The notes beneath the pieces were generated by a model. That model worked only from the letters and a program-made list of their open reading frames with translations. It was not told the origin of the DNA and ran no database searches. A stretch of DNA of 64,000 nucleotides from contig CAWCQI010000043.1 in NCBI GenBank assembly GCA_963797625.1, positions 9,587 through 73,586 of the forward strand, given 5' to 3'. How positions within the stretch are numbered: position 1 is the stretch's first letter; each line of letters starts with the position of its first letter. This stretch comes from an uncultured Acidobacteriota bacterium. GTDB taxonomy: Bacteria > Acidobacteriota > Vicinamibacteria > Vicinamibacterales > 2-12-FULL-66-21. Shown in pieces: positions 9,060-20,005 of this stretch. The position numbers were made by a program, and so were the translations under genes.

Positions 9060-10457
9060 ATGAAACGCATTGGCATGCTCACGGCCGGCGGCGACACGCC
9101 CGCGCTCAACGCGACCATCCACGGCGCGGTCGTCCGCGCCAACAGCCTGCGGATCGAGCTCTCGGGCTGATCAAGGGCTTCAACTGCCTGTTCAACCCGC
9201 GCGTGCCGCACGTCCATCTCAATCCACTCTTCCAGGCCATTCCGGAGCTCGATCCGACCAAGGGCGGCACGCTCATCGGCTCCTCGCGGGACTACGTCGA
9301 TCCCGGACAAGAAGGACGAGCTCGACGCGATCATGTCGCGGCTGTACAGGCTCGGCATCGAGGGACTGATTGCCATCGGCGGCGACGGCACGCTGAACGG
9401 CCTGCAGCCGCTCGCGGAGCGCCTGCCGACGGTGCTCGCGCCCAAGACGATCGACAACGACCTCGGCCTCAACTACCCGAGCGAGCCGGACGAGTGGGTG
9501 CGCACGCGGAACCCCGAGCACCGGCGCCCATCGTTACTCACGCTCGGCCTCGCAGCGCGGTGTTCGACCTCGATCAGATCGTCAACTACGTCACGCCGGG
9601 GTACGCGACAGCGGTCTTGGTCACCGCGCAGGGTGTCGAACGCATCCGCACGACGGCCGAGAGCCATCGCCGCATCGCGATCATCGAGGTCATGGGCCGG
9701 CATTCCGGCTACATCGCGCTCGGCACGGCCTACGGGCAGCCGGACATCGTGCTGGTGCCCGAATCGCCGATCGACATCGGACCTGCTCGTCGAGCGGGTC
9801 AAGCACCTCTACGACCTGCAGAAGAACGTCGTGATCGTCTGCGGCGAGGGGATCGTGGACGAGCAGGGCGTCGAGCTCGGGGCCGAGTCGAACTCGACCG
9901 ATCCGGCCGGCAACATCGCGTTGAGCGGCGCGGCGGAAGCGCTGCGCGTCAAGATGATCGAGCGGCTCGGCGACCGCTACTTTCAGCAGTACCGGCGCGG
10001 CAGCTCGGCGCGAGAAGCCATCTTCACCAGAAAAGTCGGCCATACGCAGCGTGGCGGACGGCCGATCCTGTTCGACCGCTTCTACGCGGCGCATGCTCGG
10101 CTCAAAGGCCGTCGATCTGCTGGTCGAAGGCCGGAACAACGCGGTCGTCCGTGCTGCAGTACCACTCGCCGGAAGGGCTTCCACGTCGAGGGCTACGACG
10201 CCAATCGCTTTCGCGACCGCTGGGGGCTGATCCACGCGCGCCAGATGCACCCGGCGCTCTACGATCCGCTGCTGATGAAGCCCTCACGCCTCGGCATCGA
10301 CTACCTGATGCCGATCTTCACCGATGCCATCGGCAGCGACGACGCGGAGCACATGCGTCAGACGCTGTTCGATCCGGGAAACCTGGCGCAGCCGTACCAC
10401 TCCATCAACACCGACGTGCACAAGCGGATCCGCTACCTGGAGGCTGACGGCGACTGA
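9060..10457 (+). CDS. pfk: 6-phosphofructokinase (frame-broken at least 5 times in this sequence)
   Basis: MKRIGMLTAGGDTPALNATIHG, GLIAIGGDGTLNG, APKTIDNDL, IIEVMGRHSGYIAL and GHTQRGG segments are spread over three frames (ORFs 8960..10447, 9333..10457). Confidence 0.8.
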
Positions 10458-10477
10458 CGCAGGCCTGCGCCGTCCCG

Positions 10478-11278
10478 TCAGGCTTGATTGTCTGCGTAGC
10501 GCTCCGGCGCGAGCCGCCGGGCGATCAAGCCAGTCGCGACCGCCGGCACAATCTCCTGCACGAGCACGCCTTCCTCGCCATACGGCAGGCGCGCCTGACA
10601 ATCTCCGGACGGGGCGATCAGGCTCGTCGCGGATTCGGGATATCGCAGCGCGTAGTTGACGCTGGCGAAGTAGATCGTGTTCTCGATGCTGCGCAGCGTC
10701 ATCGCCTTCTCGTAGTACGCACCGCCGGGCGGCGACCATCCCTCGGGTACTGCGCCAGCCCGATCGTAGCCGGTGTGCTGCGGGTGGAAGACGATGGCCG
10801 CTCCTCGTACGGCAGCCCAGCGGACCGTCTCCGGGTAACGCCATCCCTCGTGGCAGATGGCGATGCCGAACCTGACGCCGTCCACCTCGAAGATCCGTCG
10901 TCCGGCGCCAGGGACGTAGAAACGGTCCTCGCTCGGGTCGAGCTGCGCCTTGGCCTGGAAGCCGAGCAGACGGCCGCCACCGTCGAACACCGCACACGCG
11001 ACCTGCCGGCCGGCGTCGGTGACGCGTTCCATACCGAGGATCGTCGCGATCCCGAGCTCGCCTGCCCATCCGGAAACGAGCCCCAGGATGCGCTCCTGAT
11101 CGTTCCGGTCGAACGGCGGCACATCGAAGTCGAGCCCCCGGAGTCCCGGGAGATACGCCTCGGGAAAGCAGACGATGCGAGCCCCGTGGGAGGCGGCATC
11201 GGACATCAGCCAACGAACCTTCTCCAGGCCTTCATCGAGGCTCGAGGCAACGCGGGGCGAGGCGAGGGCAATACGCAT
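10478..11278 (-). CDS. carbon-nitrogen hydrolase (nitrilase superfamily)
   Basis: Intact 266 aa with CFPEAYLPG (Glu), GFQAK (Lys) and GIAICHEGWRYPE (Cys) catalytic-triad contexts. Confidence 0.85.
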   Translation of the reverse strand: MRIALASPRVASSLDEGLEKVRWLMSDAASHGARIVCFPEAYLPGLRGLDFDVPPFDRNDQERILGLVSGWAGELGIATILGMERVTDAGRQVACAVFDGGGRLLGFQAKAQLDPSEDRFYVPGAGRRIFEVDGVRFGIAICHEGWRYPETVRWAAVRGAAIVFHPQHTGYDRAGAVPEGWSPPGGAYYEKAMTLRSIENTIYFASVNYALRYPESATSLIAPSGDCQARLPYGEEGVLVQEIVPAVATGLIARRLAPERYADNQA

Positions 11279-11479
11279 GGAGCTTCCTGCAGTCTACCCG
11301 CGACGGCGTCGTTGGCTGCGCGCCGAACCCCAGCCGGGGCCTGTCCAATGGCCGCCGGGGAACGTTGCCCTGAGCCTGTGGCCGGCGGCTCCGTTGATGG
11401 GAGCGTTGTTTGCGCTGGCTGGGGGCGGTCCGATCCGGGAGAATACTCGCCACGCTGGAACTGCCTGGAGATCTGAAAA

Positions 11480-12064
11480 ATGAGAATCCGCTTGAACGCC
11501 GCCGCCACCGTAGCCCTGCTCGTGGCGGTTTCCGTGACGGTCGGGATGGCCAAGACCAAGGTCAAGGCGCAGAAGGATCCGAACTTCGATTTCTCGAAGT
11601 TGAAGACGTGGGCCTGGAATCCATCGGGGCCGGGCGACGTCAAGGTGTGGGTCACCGCCGAGTCCAAGTCGGAACCGGTCAAGCGGACCTACGAACCAAC
11701 TATCATCCAGTCGGTCGAGAGCGAGCTGGCCAAGCTTGGATTCGCCAAGGCCACCGGTCCGCAGTCCGACTTCAAAGTGACCTACTACGTGCTGGTGACC
11801 GTCGGGTCGAGCTCGCAGGAAATGGGCCAGTTTCTCCCAGCCGTGGCCCAGTGGGGCGTGCCGCCGTTCGCACCGCAGACCACGTCGCTGGAGATTTACC
11901 CAACGGGATCGTTCGTGCTGGACGTCGCGTCGCCGGATCCGAGCAGGGTCGTCTGGCGAGCGGTGGCTCAGTCCGAAATCGACCTCGACCGAACCGAGTC
12001 GCAGCGAAAGGTCCGGATCCAGAGCATCGTCCACGACATCCTCGAGAAGCTGCCGCGGAAGTAG
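11480..12064 (+). CDS. DUF4136-like secreted/lipoprotein
   Basis: Signal peptide, then KDPNFDFSKLKTWAW...DFKVTYYV...GSFVLDV...VVWRAVA pattern typical of DUF4136. Confidence 0.7.
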   Translation: MRIRLNAAATVALLVAVSVTVGMAKTKVKAQKDPNFDFSKLKTWAWNPSGPGDVKVWVTAESKSEPVKRTYEPTIIQSVESELAKLGFAKATGPQSDFKVTYYVLVTVGSSSQEMGQFLPAVAQWGVPPFAPQTTSLEIYPTGSFVLDVASPDPSRVVWRAVAQSEIDLDRTESQRKVRIQSIVHDILEKLPRK

Positions 12065-12136
12065 CAGATCGCTCGGCAACCGGCGTCATCGGACGCCCGA
12101 TGTTGACGACAGCCACCGCCGGGTCGACCCGCGCGA

Positions 12137-12539
12137 TCAGGTCGAGGCCAGCAAGGGCGTGGTTCGCTTGCACAGCTGCAGCGGCAATCCCCACGGGTCC
12201 CGGAGCATCAGCAGCCGGGAGCCATCCGCGAGCACCTGCTCCTCGACGAATGTCGCCCCGGCGGCGACCAGCTCCGCACGTGACACGTCGGGATCGGGGG
12301 CGTCAAATGCGACGTGAAAGCGCAATGGGTGCAGCGACGCGTAGTCGGGTACGGGATCGCGCGGGGTTGCTGTAGATCTCGATGACCGTGCGGCCGGCGG
12401 CGTCCGCCAGGAAGTGAATGTATGGCGGAGTCGGTACCCGCCGTACGACGCGCATCCCCAGATGCCTCACGTACCAGTCGGCCATCGCCGTCGGGTCCGA
12501 GACGTTGCAGGCAAAGTGCTCGAGGTTCAAGGCTGGCAT
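12137..12539 (-). CDS. VOC/glyoxalase family protein (one frame break near 12345)
   Basis: ORF 12303..12539 (LEHFACNVSDPTAMADWYVRHLGM) joins ORF 12137..12325 (RFHVAFDAPD...LMLRDPWGLPLQL). Confidence 0.7.
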
Positions 12540-12591
12540 CCGTTCGCTCCTGGCCCGACATTATTGCCGAAGCGGGTGGCAGCCGTGAGCC

Positions 12592-13107
12592 CTACTCTTC
12601 CGCCTCGTTTTCGTCGCCTTCTTTGATCGCGCTTTCGTCGTCTTCTCTGATCAGTCGATAGCGTGCGCTGGCCCCGCCTGGCTTTGCGAGCAAGCGCTCC
12701 GCCTCGAACCAGTCCTCCTGATCGTGGCCGTGCGCCCCGCCCCGGCGCTGGAAGAACTCGTACGCGCGATCGGCGACCTCCTCTTCGTAGATGAAGGTCA
12801 GATTGTGGGCATCGAAGTTCTCGAACCACTCCTCCCAGCTGATGGGACGGAATCGCGCCGCCCCGGGGAAGTTGAAGCGGACGCCGGCCCCGCCATCGTT
12901 CACCTTGACGGTTGCCGGCCCTGACGAGGTGGCCTCGCCGGTCGCAGGTTCAGCCTTGTGGCGCGCCGCCCACTGCGTGATCAGGTCGTGGTCTCGCGTC
13001 GCCAATGCGCGAAGGGTACGGGCGCGATCTCGAGACGCACCTTCTTGTACTTGTCCATCACGATCTCCGGGCTGCAGAAGTGCAAGACCAGGACCGCTCG
13101 GCGCCAT
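12592..13107 (-). CDS. hypothetical protein with DUF2934-like C-terminal motif
   Basis: HGHDQEDWFEAERLL motif and an acidic tail. The start is uncertain. Confidence 0.5.
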   Translation of the reverse strand: MAPSGPGLALLQPGDRDGQVQEGASRDRARTLRALATRDHDLITQWAARHKAEPATGEATSSGPATVKVNDGGAGVRFNFPGAARFRPISWEEWFENFDAHNLTFIYEEEVADRAYEFFQRRGGAHGHDQEDWFEAERLLAKPGGASARYRLIREDDESAIKEGDENEAEE

Positions 13108-13132
13108 TCAGCTCATCCGCGTACACGCGGTG

Positions 13133-13516
13133 TCATTTGGACGAGGCTCTGACCCCGCTCCACTTGCCTCCGCCGATCTCGTCGAACTCGAAGGTGCCGG
13201 TCATGCTGTCGCCGTTGACGGTGCCCTTGAACACACCTTTCACCGGGTTTCCGTCGGACGACATCGCCACCGTGAACTCAATCGCCTGCTCCTTGACTGT
13301 ACCTTCGACCTGCGACGTCCCGTAGCGGCCCTCGTAAGTGCCCGAGACCTTCTCGCCCTCCTGCTTGAACGTGACAGTCGGATGGCCGGTCCCGACCTCG
13401 AGCTCCACGCTGAGGTTCCAGACGCCCGCCACCCTGGCCGGCTCGGCCCGCAGCGATGCCGAGAGCACGATCAAAGCAATCGCGCACAGCGTGATGACGT
13501 GTCTTGCATTTCGCAT
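13133..13516 (-). CDS. small secreted hypothetical protein
   Basis: Internal Met at 13516 gives MRNARHVITLCAIALIVLSASLRA signal, followed by beta-rich sequence. Confidence 0.55.
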   Translation of the reverse strand: MRNARHVITLCAIALIVLSASLRAEPARVAGVWNLSVELEVGTGHPTVTFKQEGEKVSGTYEGRYGTSQVEGTVKEQAIEFTVAMSSDGNPVKGVFKGTVNGDSMTGTFEFDEIGGGKWSGVRASSK

Positions 13517-13736
13517 AGTCGCTCTCCAAATCCGTCCGATCGCTCTCGTGTGCGGGGTGCACACTTCGACATCCCTCGATCCGCTCACGACCGTCGCGCG
13601 CGACGACGGCGGCGGGAGTCTCTCGGGGCTGTAGTACCATGAGTGGCCCCAGCCCCGTGCCCCGCTGCCCCGCCGGCCGTTCCTGGCTCGCGCCAGGCGC
13701 CGTGGGTCCGGTCATCATCATCCATCAGGAGTCTCC

Positions 13737-15388
13737 ATGGGACGGCATGCAATTGCTTCCTGTGCCGCGCTGCTCGCGGCCGGGGCCATCCTGGCTGCAC
13801 AACCCGGCCAGGACTCGGGCAGCCGGCGCGCCAATATCGCAGTCACGAGCCGCGACCAGGCGCTCTTGCGCTCCTGGGATGCCAGCATCGACGCGATGGC
13901 ACGAGACGGAGAGCTGTTGCTCAGCCGCACGCGCACCGACACGATCATCGCCGGACGCACGCACCAGCGCTACGAACAGTACGTTCACGGTATCCGCGTC
14001 GTCGGCGGCGAGGTCACGCGGCAGCTGGCGCGCGGCGTCACGATGTCGATATTTGGTGACCTCCAGCAGGTGACCGGCGTCCCCGACCGTCCGACCCTCT
14101 CGGAAGACGACGCCCGCCGCCTGTTCGCAGGGATGGCCACACGAGGAGTGCCCGCGAACCGTCCGGTCGAGCTCGTGATCCTGCCCACCGACGACCGTCA
14201 GTTCGCGCTGGCCTACTCGACGCACGTCTGGACGGACACCGGCTGGATGCAGACCTACCTCGATGCCGAGGACGGCCACGTCATCCTCCAGTTCAACGAC
14301 CTGAAGCGGCAGGCCGCGGTCGGCACCGGCACCGGCGTCCTCGGCGATGCGAAGAAAGTCAGCGCGACTCTCGAGGGAGGCCGCTACGTGGCGGACGATG
14401 CGCTGCGCCCGCCGACGCTGATCACCTACGACATGCAGGGCAATCTGTTGCGGACAAACAATTACCTCGACGGTGTCTACGTCGCCAGCACCTCGGATAT
14501 CGCCAACGACAGCGACAACACATGGACCGACGGCGCGAACGTGGATGCGCACGTCTATCTGGGCTACACCTACGACTACTACTTCAAGCGCTTCGGGCGA
14601 AAGGGCCTCGACGACCGCGACGCGCCAATCTACGCGCTGACCCACCCGGTCAAGCGATCGGACATCAACGTCCTGTCGCTCGGACGACATCTTCCACTTA
14701 CATGCTGAACGCGTTCTGGTGCAGCGGCTGTGGACCGTCGTTCTGGGGAGCGATGGTGTTCGGCGAAGGCCTGCCGCCGAACTTCACGCTCGACGGCCAG
14801 ACCGTCGACTTCCTTGCCGGCGCCATCGACGTCGTCGCGCACGAGCTGACGCACGGCCTCACCGACTACTCTTCGGGGCTGATCTACCGCAACGAATCGG
14901 GCGCGCTGAACGAGTCGTTCTCGGACATGCTGGGTACCAGCGCCGAGTTCTTCTACCAGACCCCGGGCAACGGCACGAGGCAGGCGGACTACCTGATCGG
15001 CGAGGATGTCTTCCGGCCGGGCGGGCTCCGGTCGATGTCCAATCCCGCCGCCTACGGCGATCCGGATCATTACTCGCGCAGGTACACCGGGCCGGAAGAC
15101 AACGGCGGCGTGCACACGAACTCCGGCATCCCGAACCAGGCGTTCTACCTGGCCATCGAGGGCGGCACGAACCGCACCTCGGGCCTGGGCGTGCAGGGCG
15201 TCGGCGCCGCGAACCGCGAGCAGATCGAGAAAGTCTTCTACCGCGCGTTCACCTTCCTCCTGCCGGCCAATGCCACGTTCTCCACAGCGCGGGCCGCGAC
15301 CATCCAGGCGTCGCGCGACCTCTACGGCTCGAACAGTGCCGCCGAGCGCGCCGTCACGCAAGCCTGGACTGCGGTAGGTGTCAATTGA
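13737..15388 (+). CDS. M4 (thermolysin-like) secreted metalloprotease (one frame break near 14685)
   Basis: VVAHELTHGLTDY (HExxH), NESFSDMLG and GGVHTNSGIPNQAFY. The N-terminal propeptide-like region has a signal peptide. ORFs 13737..14708 and 14522..15388. Confidence 0.85.
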
Positions 15389-16458
15389 ATCGCGCGTCCC
15401 TGCTTTCGCGACGGATCCGACTTGGTGTCGGCCTCGCTCTGTGGCTGATCGTTCCGGCCAGCGCCTCTGCCCAGTCGTCGGTCGATGCGGGATTCAGCCG
15501 GGGCTTCATCAGCTTCGGCGCAGGCGTCCAGGTCGCCTCGACCGACTTCAGCGAGACGCACTCGCAGCCGCTGAACGGCGAGACCGAGACGTGGACCGCC
15601 AACTACTCACAGAAGACGGGCCTCGAGCTCGAGGCCGGCGGCGGGTGGCGCGCCTGGCAGAACCTGTTCGTGGCGGGCACCTACACCCATGCCCACGATT
15701 CGCGATCGGCGGAGATTACCGCCTCGGTGCCGCACCCGTTCTTCTTCAACCAGCCCCGTCAGATCTCCGGCGAATCGGGATCGCTGTCGCACACGGAGGA
15801 CGCCGCCCATATCAGCGCGTTGTGGCTGGTGCCGGCTGGTGAGCGGTTCGAGGTCGGCGTGTTCGGCGGGCCGAGCATCATCTGGGTGACGCAGCCGCTC
15901 GTGAAGGACGTGCAGTATCGCGAGCAGTACCCGTACGACACTGCGGAATTCTCGGTCGCGCCGGCGGAGGACGCCAGCGAGACAGCGTTCGGCTTTCACG
16001 TCGGGGCCGACGTCACGTGGCTCCTGAGCCGGCAGTTCGGCGTGGGTGGAACCGTCCGCTACACGCGCGCGAGCGTCGACCTGGCGTCGCCGGCAGGCGG
16101 CTCGGTCAGCTTCGACGCGGGCGGGTTCCAGGCGGCCGTCACGGTGAAAGTGCGGTTCATGCCCAAAGCGTTCCCAGGACCAGCGAAGCCGGCTGCCACC
16201 CCGGTCCCGGCGGCGCCGCCCGCACCGCCAGGCACCATGGCCGGTCCCATCCAGAGAGGCATCACGACCGCAACGGCCCCCGTCTACCTGCGGGCCGACG
16301 CCACGCGGCCGCCGCTGCGGCAGCTCCCCACCGGCACACAGCTGCGGATCCTCGATACCGTGGGCGACTGGTTCCAGGTCGAGTTCAACGACACGCAATA
16401 CGGGCGGCGGGTCGGCTACATCCAGAAGGCGTTCGTACAGCTCGAGCCCATCCGGTAA
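15385..16458 (+). CDS. outer-membrane beta-barrel-like protein with C-terminal SH3b-like domain
   Basis: TTG at 15385 overlaps the protease stop (TTGA). Signal LGVGLALWLIVPASASA and alternating beta-strand pattern. C-terminus is APVYLRADATRPPLRQLPTGTQLRILDTVGDWFQVEF. Confidence 0.6.
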   Translation: MNRASLLSRRIRLGVGLALWLIVPASASAQSSVDAGFSRGFISFGAGVQVASTDFSETHSQPLNGETETWTANYSQKTGLELEAGGGWRAWQNLFVAGTYTHAHDSRSAEITASVPHPFFFNQPRQISGESGSLSHTEDAAHISALWLVPAGERFEVGVFGGPSIIWVTQPLVKDVQYREQYPYDTAEFSVAPAEDASETAFGFHVGADVTWLLSRQFGVGGTVRYTRASVDLASPAGGSVSFDAGGFQAAVTVKVRFMPKAFPGPAKPAATPVPAAPPAPPGTMAGPIQRGITTATAPVYLRADATRPPLRQLPTGTQLRILDTVGDWFQVEFNDTQYGRRVGYIQKAFVQLEPIR

Positions 16459-16643
16459 CAGTTGCCTGACGAAACTGTTGATTCGTGATGGAATAATATC
16501 GACCAGGCCGGGAGCCCCGCCGTCGGCCGGAGGACCAATGCACAGCGAGCTCACGCCCCGGACTGGATCGTGACACCCGGCCGCAGCAGAACTTCACCCT
16601 CGACCCGCGCGGGCTTGCCCCTTCCCCCGGCCGGAGACACGCA

Positions 16644-17003
16644 ATGGCTTGCGTGCTGATCGTCGAAGACGACCCCGACATACGGGAGTTCATGGAATTC
16701 CTCCTGTCGTCGTCCGGCTACGAGACGATGACGGCGGCGAACGGCCGTGAGGCACTCGACCGGATGCGCGAGCGCACACCGTGCATGGTGCTGCTGGATC
16801 TGATGATGCCGGTGATGGATGGCTTCGACTTCCGCGCGCATCAGCTGCGGGAGCCGGATCTGGCATCGGTCCCCGTGCTCTGCCTGACGGCGATGTTCGA
16901 TGCGTCCTACGTCACTCAGCGGCTGGCGGTCCCCTGCTTGAATAAGCCGGTCTCGGTGGACCGGCTCCTCACCGAGGTGGGAGAGCGCTGCCAGCCCCGC
17001 TGA
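16644..17003 (+). CDS. stand-alone response regulator receiver (CheY-like)
   Basis: VLIVEDDPDIREF...MVLLDLMMPVMDG...LTAM...KP motif set. Intact 119 aa. Confidence 0.85.
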   Translation: MACVLIVEDDPDIREFMEFLLSSSGYETMTAANGREALDRMRERTPCMVLLDLMMPVMDGFDFRAHQLREPDLASVPVLCLTAMFDASYVTQRLAVPCLNKPVSVDRLLTEVGERCQPR

Positions 17004-17071
17004 GCGTCTGTCTGCGGGCACGCTCTGCGCGTCAGTTCTCCGCGCCCTTCGCGCATACTGGAAGCTATCTC

Positions 17072-17197
17072 ATAACTGCCGGCAGGAAACAGCGCGAGCG
17101 AGCATTTGCGAGCGAGCCACGCGAACGGAGCGCGCCGGCGACCGCGGCGCGCGAGAGAGTGTGTAGGGGAGTCGGAGGGGCGAAGCCCCTCGGATTG
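17072..17197. repeat. REP-like intergenic repeat, family A copy 2
   Basis: AACTGCCGGCAGGAAACAGCGCGAGCGAGC...GGGGAGTCGGAGGGGCGAAGCCCCTCGGATTG; reverse complement of copy 1. Confidence 0.8.
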
Positions 17198-17271
17198 AGA
17201 CTGGAGTCCTGCTCACGAGCTCGAAGACATTCGGCGGCAGCCGCGCCAGCGAAGCCGCCGGCCGTTCCGAC

Positions 17272-18548
17272 GTGGACATCATCATCGTCGGCGCCGGCGC
17301 CGCCGGCCTCGCGACCGCGATCTTCACGCAGCGTCGGGCGCCAGACGCGCGGATCGCCGTCCTCGACGGCGCGCGGCGTCCAGGCGCGAAGATCCTCGTC
17401 AGCGGCGGCTCCCGCTGCAACGTCACCAACGCGGTCGTCACCGAGCCGACGACTTCAACGGCGGCCGGCCGACGATCGATCCGCCGCATCCTGCGCGCGC
17501 TCCCGATCGCGAGACCTCGCCTTCTTTCGCGAGCTCGGCGTGTCCGCTGCACGAGGAACCGGGCGGCAAGCTGTTTCCCGACACCAACCGCTCGCGCGAC
17601 GTGCTCGACGCGCTGCTGCGGCCTCTCGAGCGGCCGCCGGGACGATCCGGGCGGACCACAGCGTCCACGCGGTCGACTACCGCGACGAACAGTTCACGGT
17701 GACGACTTCCCGCGGGCCGCTGACCGCGCCTCGCCGTCGTGCTCGCGACCGGCGGGCTCTCCCTGCCGAAGACCGGCAGCGACGGGGCGGGCTACGGGTT
17801 CGCGCGGAGCTCGGTCACACGCATCGTGCCGACGACGCCCGCGCTCGCGCCGCTGGTGCTGGACGCGTCGGATGGAAGCGTGCACGCGGGCCTGTCGCGG
17901 CGTCTCGCAGCAGGTGCGTCTGGATCTTCGTGTGGGCTCGAGCATCCAGTCGAGGATCCAGGGCGCCATGCTGTGGACCCACTTCGGCGTCAGCGGCCCG
18001 GCGGCACTCGACCTGTCACGACACTGGCTGCGCGCGCGCGAGGAAGGACAGGCACCGGTGGTGACGGCGAGCCTGATTCCGGCCGCGACCTTCGAAACGG
18101 CCGATGCGCGCTGGCTGGCGCTGGCGCGGGAGCAGCCGCGGACGAACGTCCACACCGCGCTCTCGAGGAGCATCCCGGCCGCGCGCGGCGTCGGCCGTGC
18201 TCGACACGATTGCCCTGCCTCGCGACGTCCCGCTCTCGAGCCTGACGCGTGAGGACCGCCGCCGGCTGGTGCACGCGCTGCTCGAGTGGCCCCTCGCCGT
18301 CCTGGACTCGCGCGGCTACTCCTACGCCGAAGCGACCGCGGGCGGCGTGGACCTCGACGGAAATCGACCCCGCGACCATGGAATCGCGACGCTGTCCTGG
18401 TCTGTTTCTGGTCGGCGAGATGCTCGACGTGGATGGCCGGCTGGGCGGATTCAATTTCCAGTGGGCCTGGGCCACGGCTCGCGTCGCAGGCAACGCCCTC
18501 GCGAGGCGCTGTGCCCGTGGCTCCGGGAGCGGGGCCCCGGCTCAGTGA
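17272..18548 (+). CDS. FAD-dependent oxidoreductase, HI0933/YhiN (aminoacetone-oxidase-like) family (multiple frame breaks)
   Basis: MDIIIVGAGAAGLATA dinucleotide fold, KILVSGGSRCNVTN, and C-terminal LVGEMLDVDGRLGGFNFQWAWATARVAG. The pieces lie in three frames. Confidence 0.75.
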
Positions 18549-18561
18549 CTCGAATGGCGAT

Positions 18562-19510
18562 TCAGGGGAGGAGACGAACCAGCAGCTCGCTCGCCTCGTG
18601 CATCGCGAGCGGAACCTGCAGGTACAGGGCGACCGCCGTGATCACAGTTGCGGCGGAGAGTCCGAAGAGCGCCGTGGACATCGACGGCACGCCTGCGGTG
18701 GCCCTGCCGCTGACGAGGAGCCGCACCCGGCGCTCCAGGGCGGAGTGCTCGTGAAACGAGCTCCAGACGAGAGGCGCCGGCGCTCCGGCGCCGGCGAGCC
18801 TGGCGACCTTCACCAGCGCCGACGCCAGGGTGGTGGCCCGCGTGGCATCGCCCCCCACGGCGTGTGCGTCCGCCTGGCACTCGACCTCGGTGTTCCAGAA
18901 TCTGCTCGAGCCGCCTGGCCGTTGCCGTGAGGCCGAAGAAATCCGGCGACGCGAACATCGCGAAGCGCTTCAGGTTGTCCCAGGCGTCCTTGTGCGCCAA
19001 TTCGTGCGCAACGGCGAGTTCCAGCTCGTCGATCGTGAGCACGTCCCGGGCGGTCGTGCCGACCACGATGGTCGCGCGCAGGATGCCGGCGAGCGATACG
19101 CCGCGCATCCTTGTGTCGAGCACGATCGGCGTCGTCCCGAACGTGCCATGCGCCGTCCACTGGTATCGCAGCCGCCGGGCCGCGAGGTAGGCACGGCCCG
19201 CGCGCACGAGCGTCGCCCCGATTGAGACACCCGACACCAGCGCCAGCGCCCACAGCATCAGGCCGAAGGACTCGCTTCCCTCGCTGGACTCGTAAACGAG
19301 ATGGGCGGGAAGGTACAACACGAAGGCGCCGCACGACGCCGCCACGACGGGAAGCATCCGGATTCCGAACAAGCGCTGCGGACGCGGTCCCGGCTCCGCC
19401 TGCTCCACGCGTCGGCACAGACGCCTCGCTGCCACCCAGGCGACAAGGGAAGCGGCGGCGTTGATCGCGGCGAACCAGGCGAGGGTGAGGAGGACGGTCG
19501 AGACCGCCAG
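18562..19510 (-). CDS. BlaR1-like M56 family membrane metallopeptidase/sensor (frame-broken)
   Basis: LAVAHELAHKDAWDNLKR (HExxH) after four TM-like spans. The C-terminal piece is in ORF 18562..18858. Confidence 0.65.
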
Positions 19511-19955
19511 CTTCAAGGACGATCCTTTCGAGTCTGCGCCTGCTTCTCGCGAACCAGGCGTTCGAGCTCGTCGAGCAGTCCGGCGTCGTCGTTGCCGACC
19601 GCGTCGACGAGATTCGAGAGAAACGGGCCGCGCCGCTTCGGGCCCGCCTGCAGCAGGCCTCGCAACAGGCCGCCGGCGAAGCGTCGCCGACATCTCCTCG
19701 CGCGACCGCGCCGCCGTGTAGACGAACGCGCGCCCTACGCGGCGTCGCTCGACCAGCCCCTTCTTGAACAGCCGGTCCAGCGTCGTCATCACCGTGGTGT
19801 AGGCGACCTGCGAGGCAGCCGCGCCTGCACGTCGCTGACCGGTGTGGTCGCTGGTTCGTCCAGACGACATCCATGACTTCGCGTTCGAGCCGACCGAGCG
19901 CCGTTTGAAGCGGGGTCCCGGTCGCCGTCCAGCCAGCTTGCCACCCAGCTGCCAT
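19507..19955 (-). CDS. BlaI/MecI/CopY family transcriptional repressor (frame-broken)
   Basis: LGRLEREVMDVVW ... VAYTTVMTTLDRLFKKGLVERRRVGRAFVYTA winged-helix signature, immediately upstream of the M56 gene. Confidence 0.65.
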
Positions 19956-20005
19956 TGAACATCGCGCGCAAGTATCGGTGCCGCGACGCCGGCCTGTCAA
20001 CCCAT

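Noticed and set aside
14719-15384. 5-prime 222 codons of track ORF 14719..16458
   Set aside because: It is out of frame within the M4 protease coding region. The real gene starts at the TTG at 15385, where the signal peptide begins.
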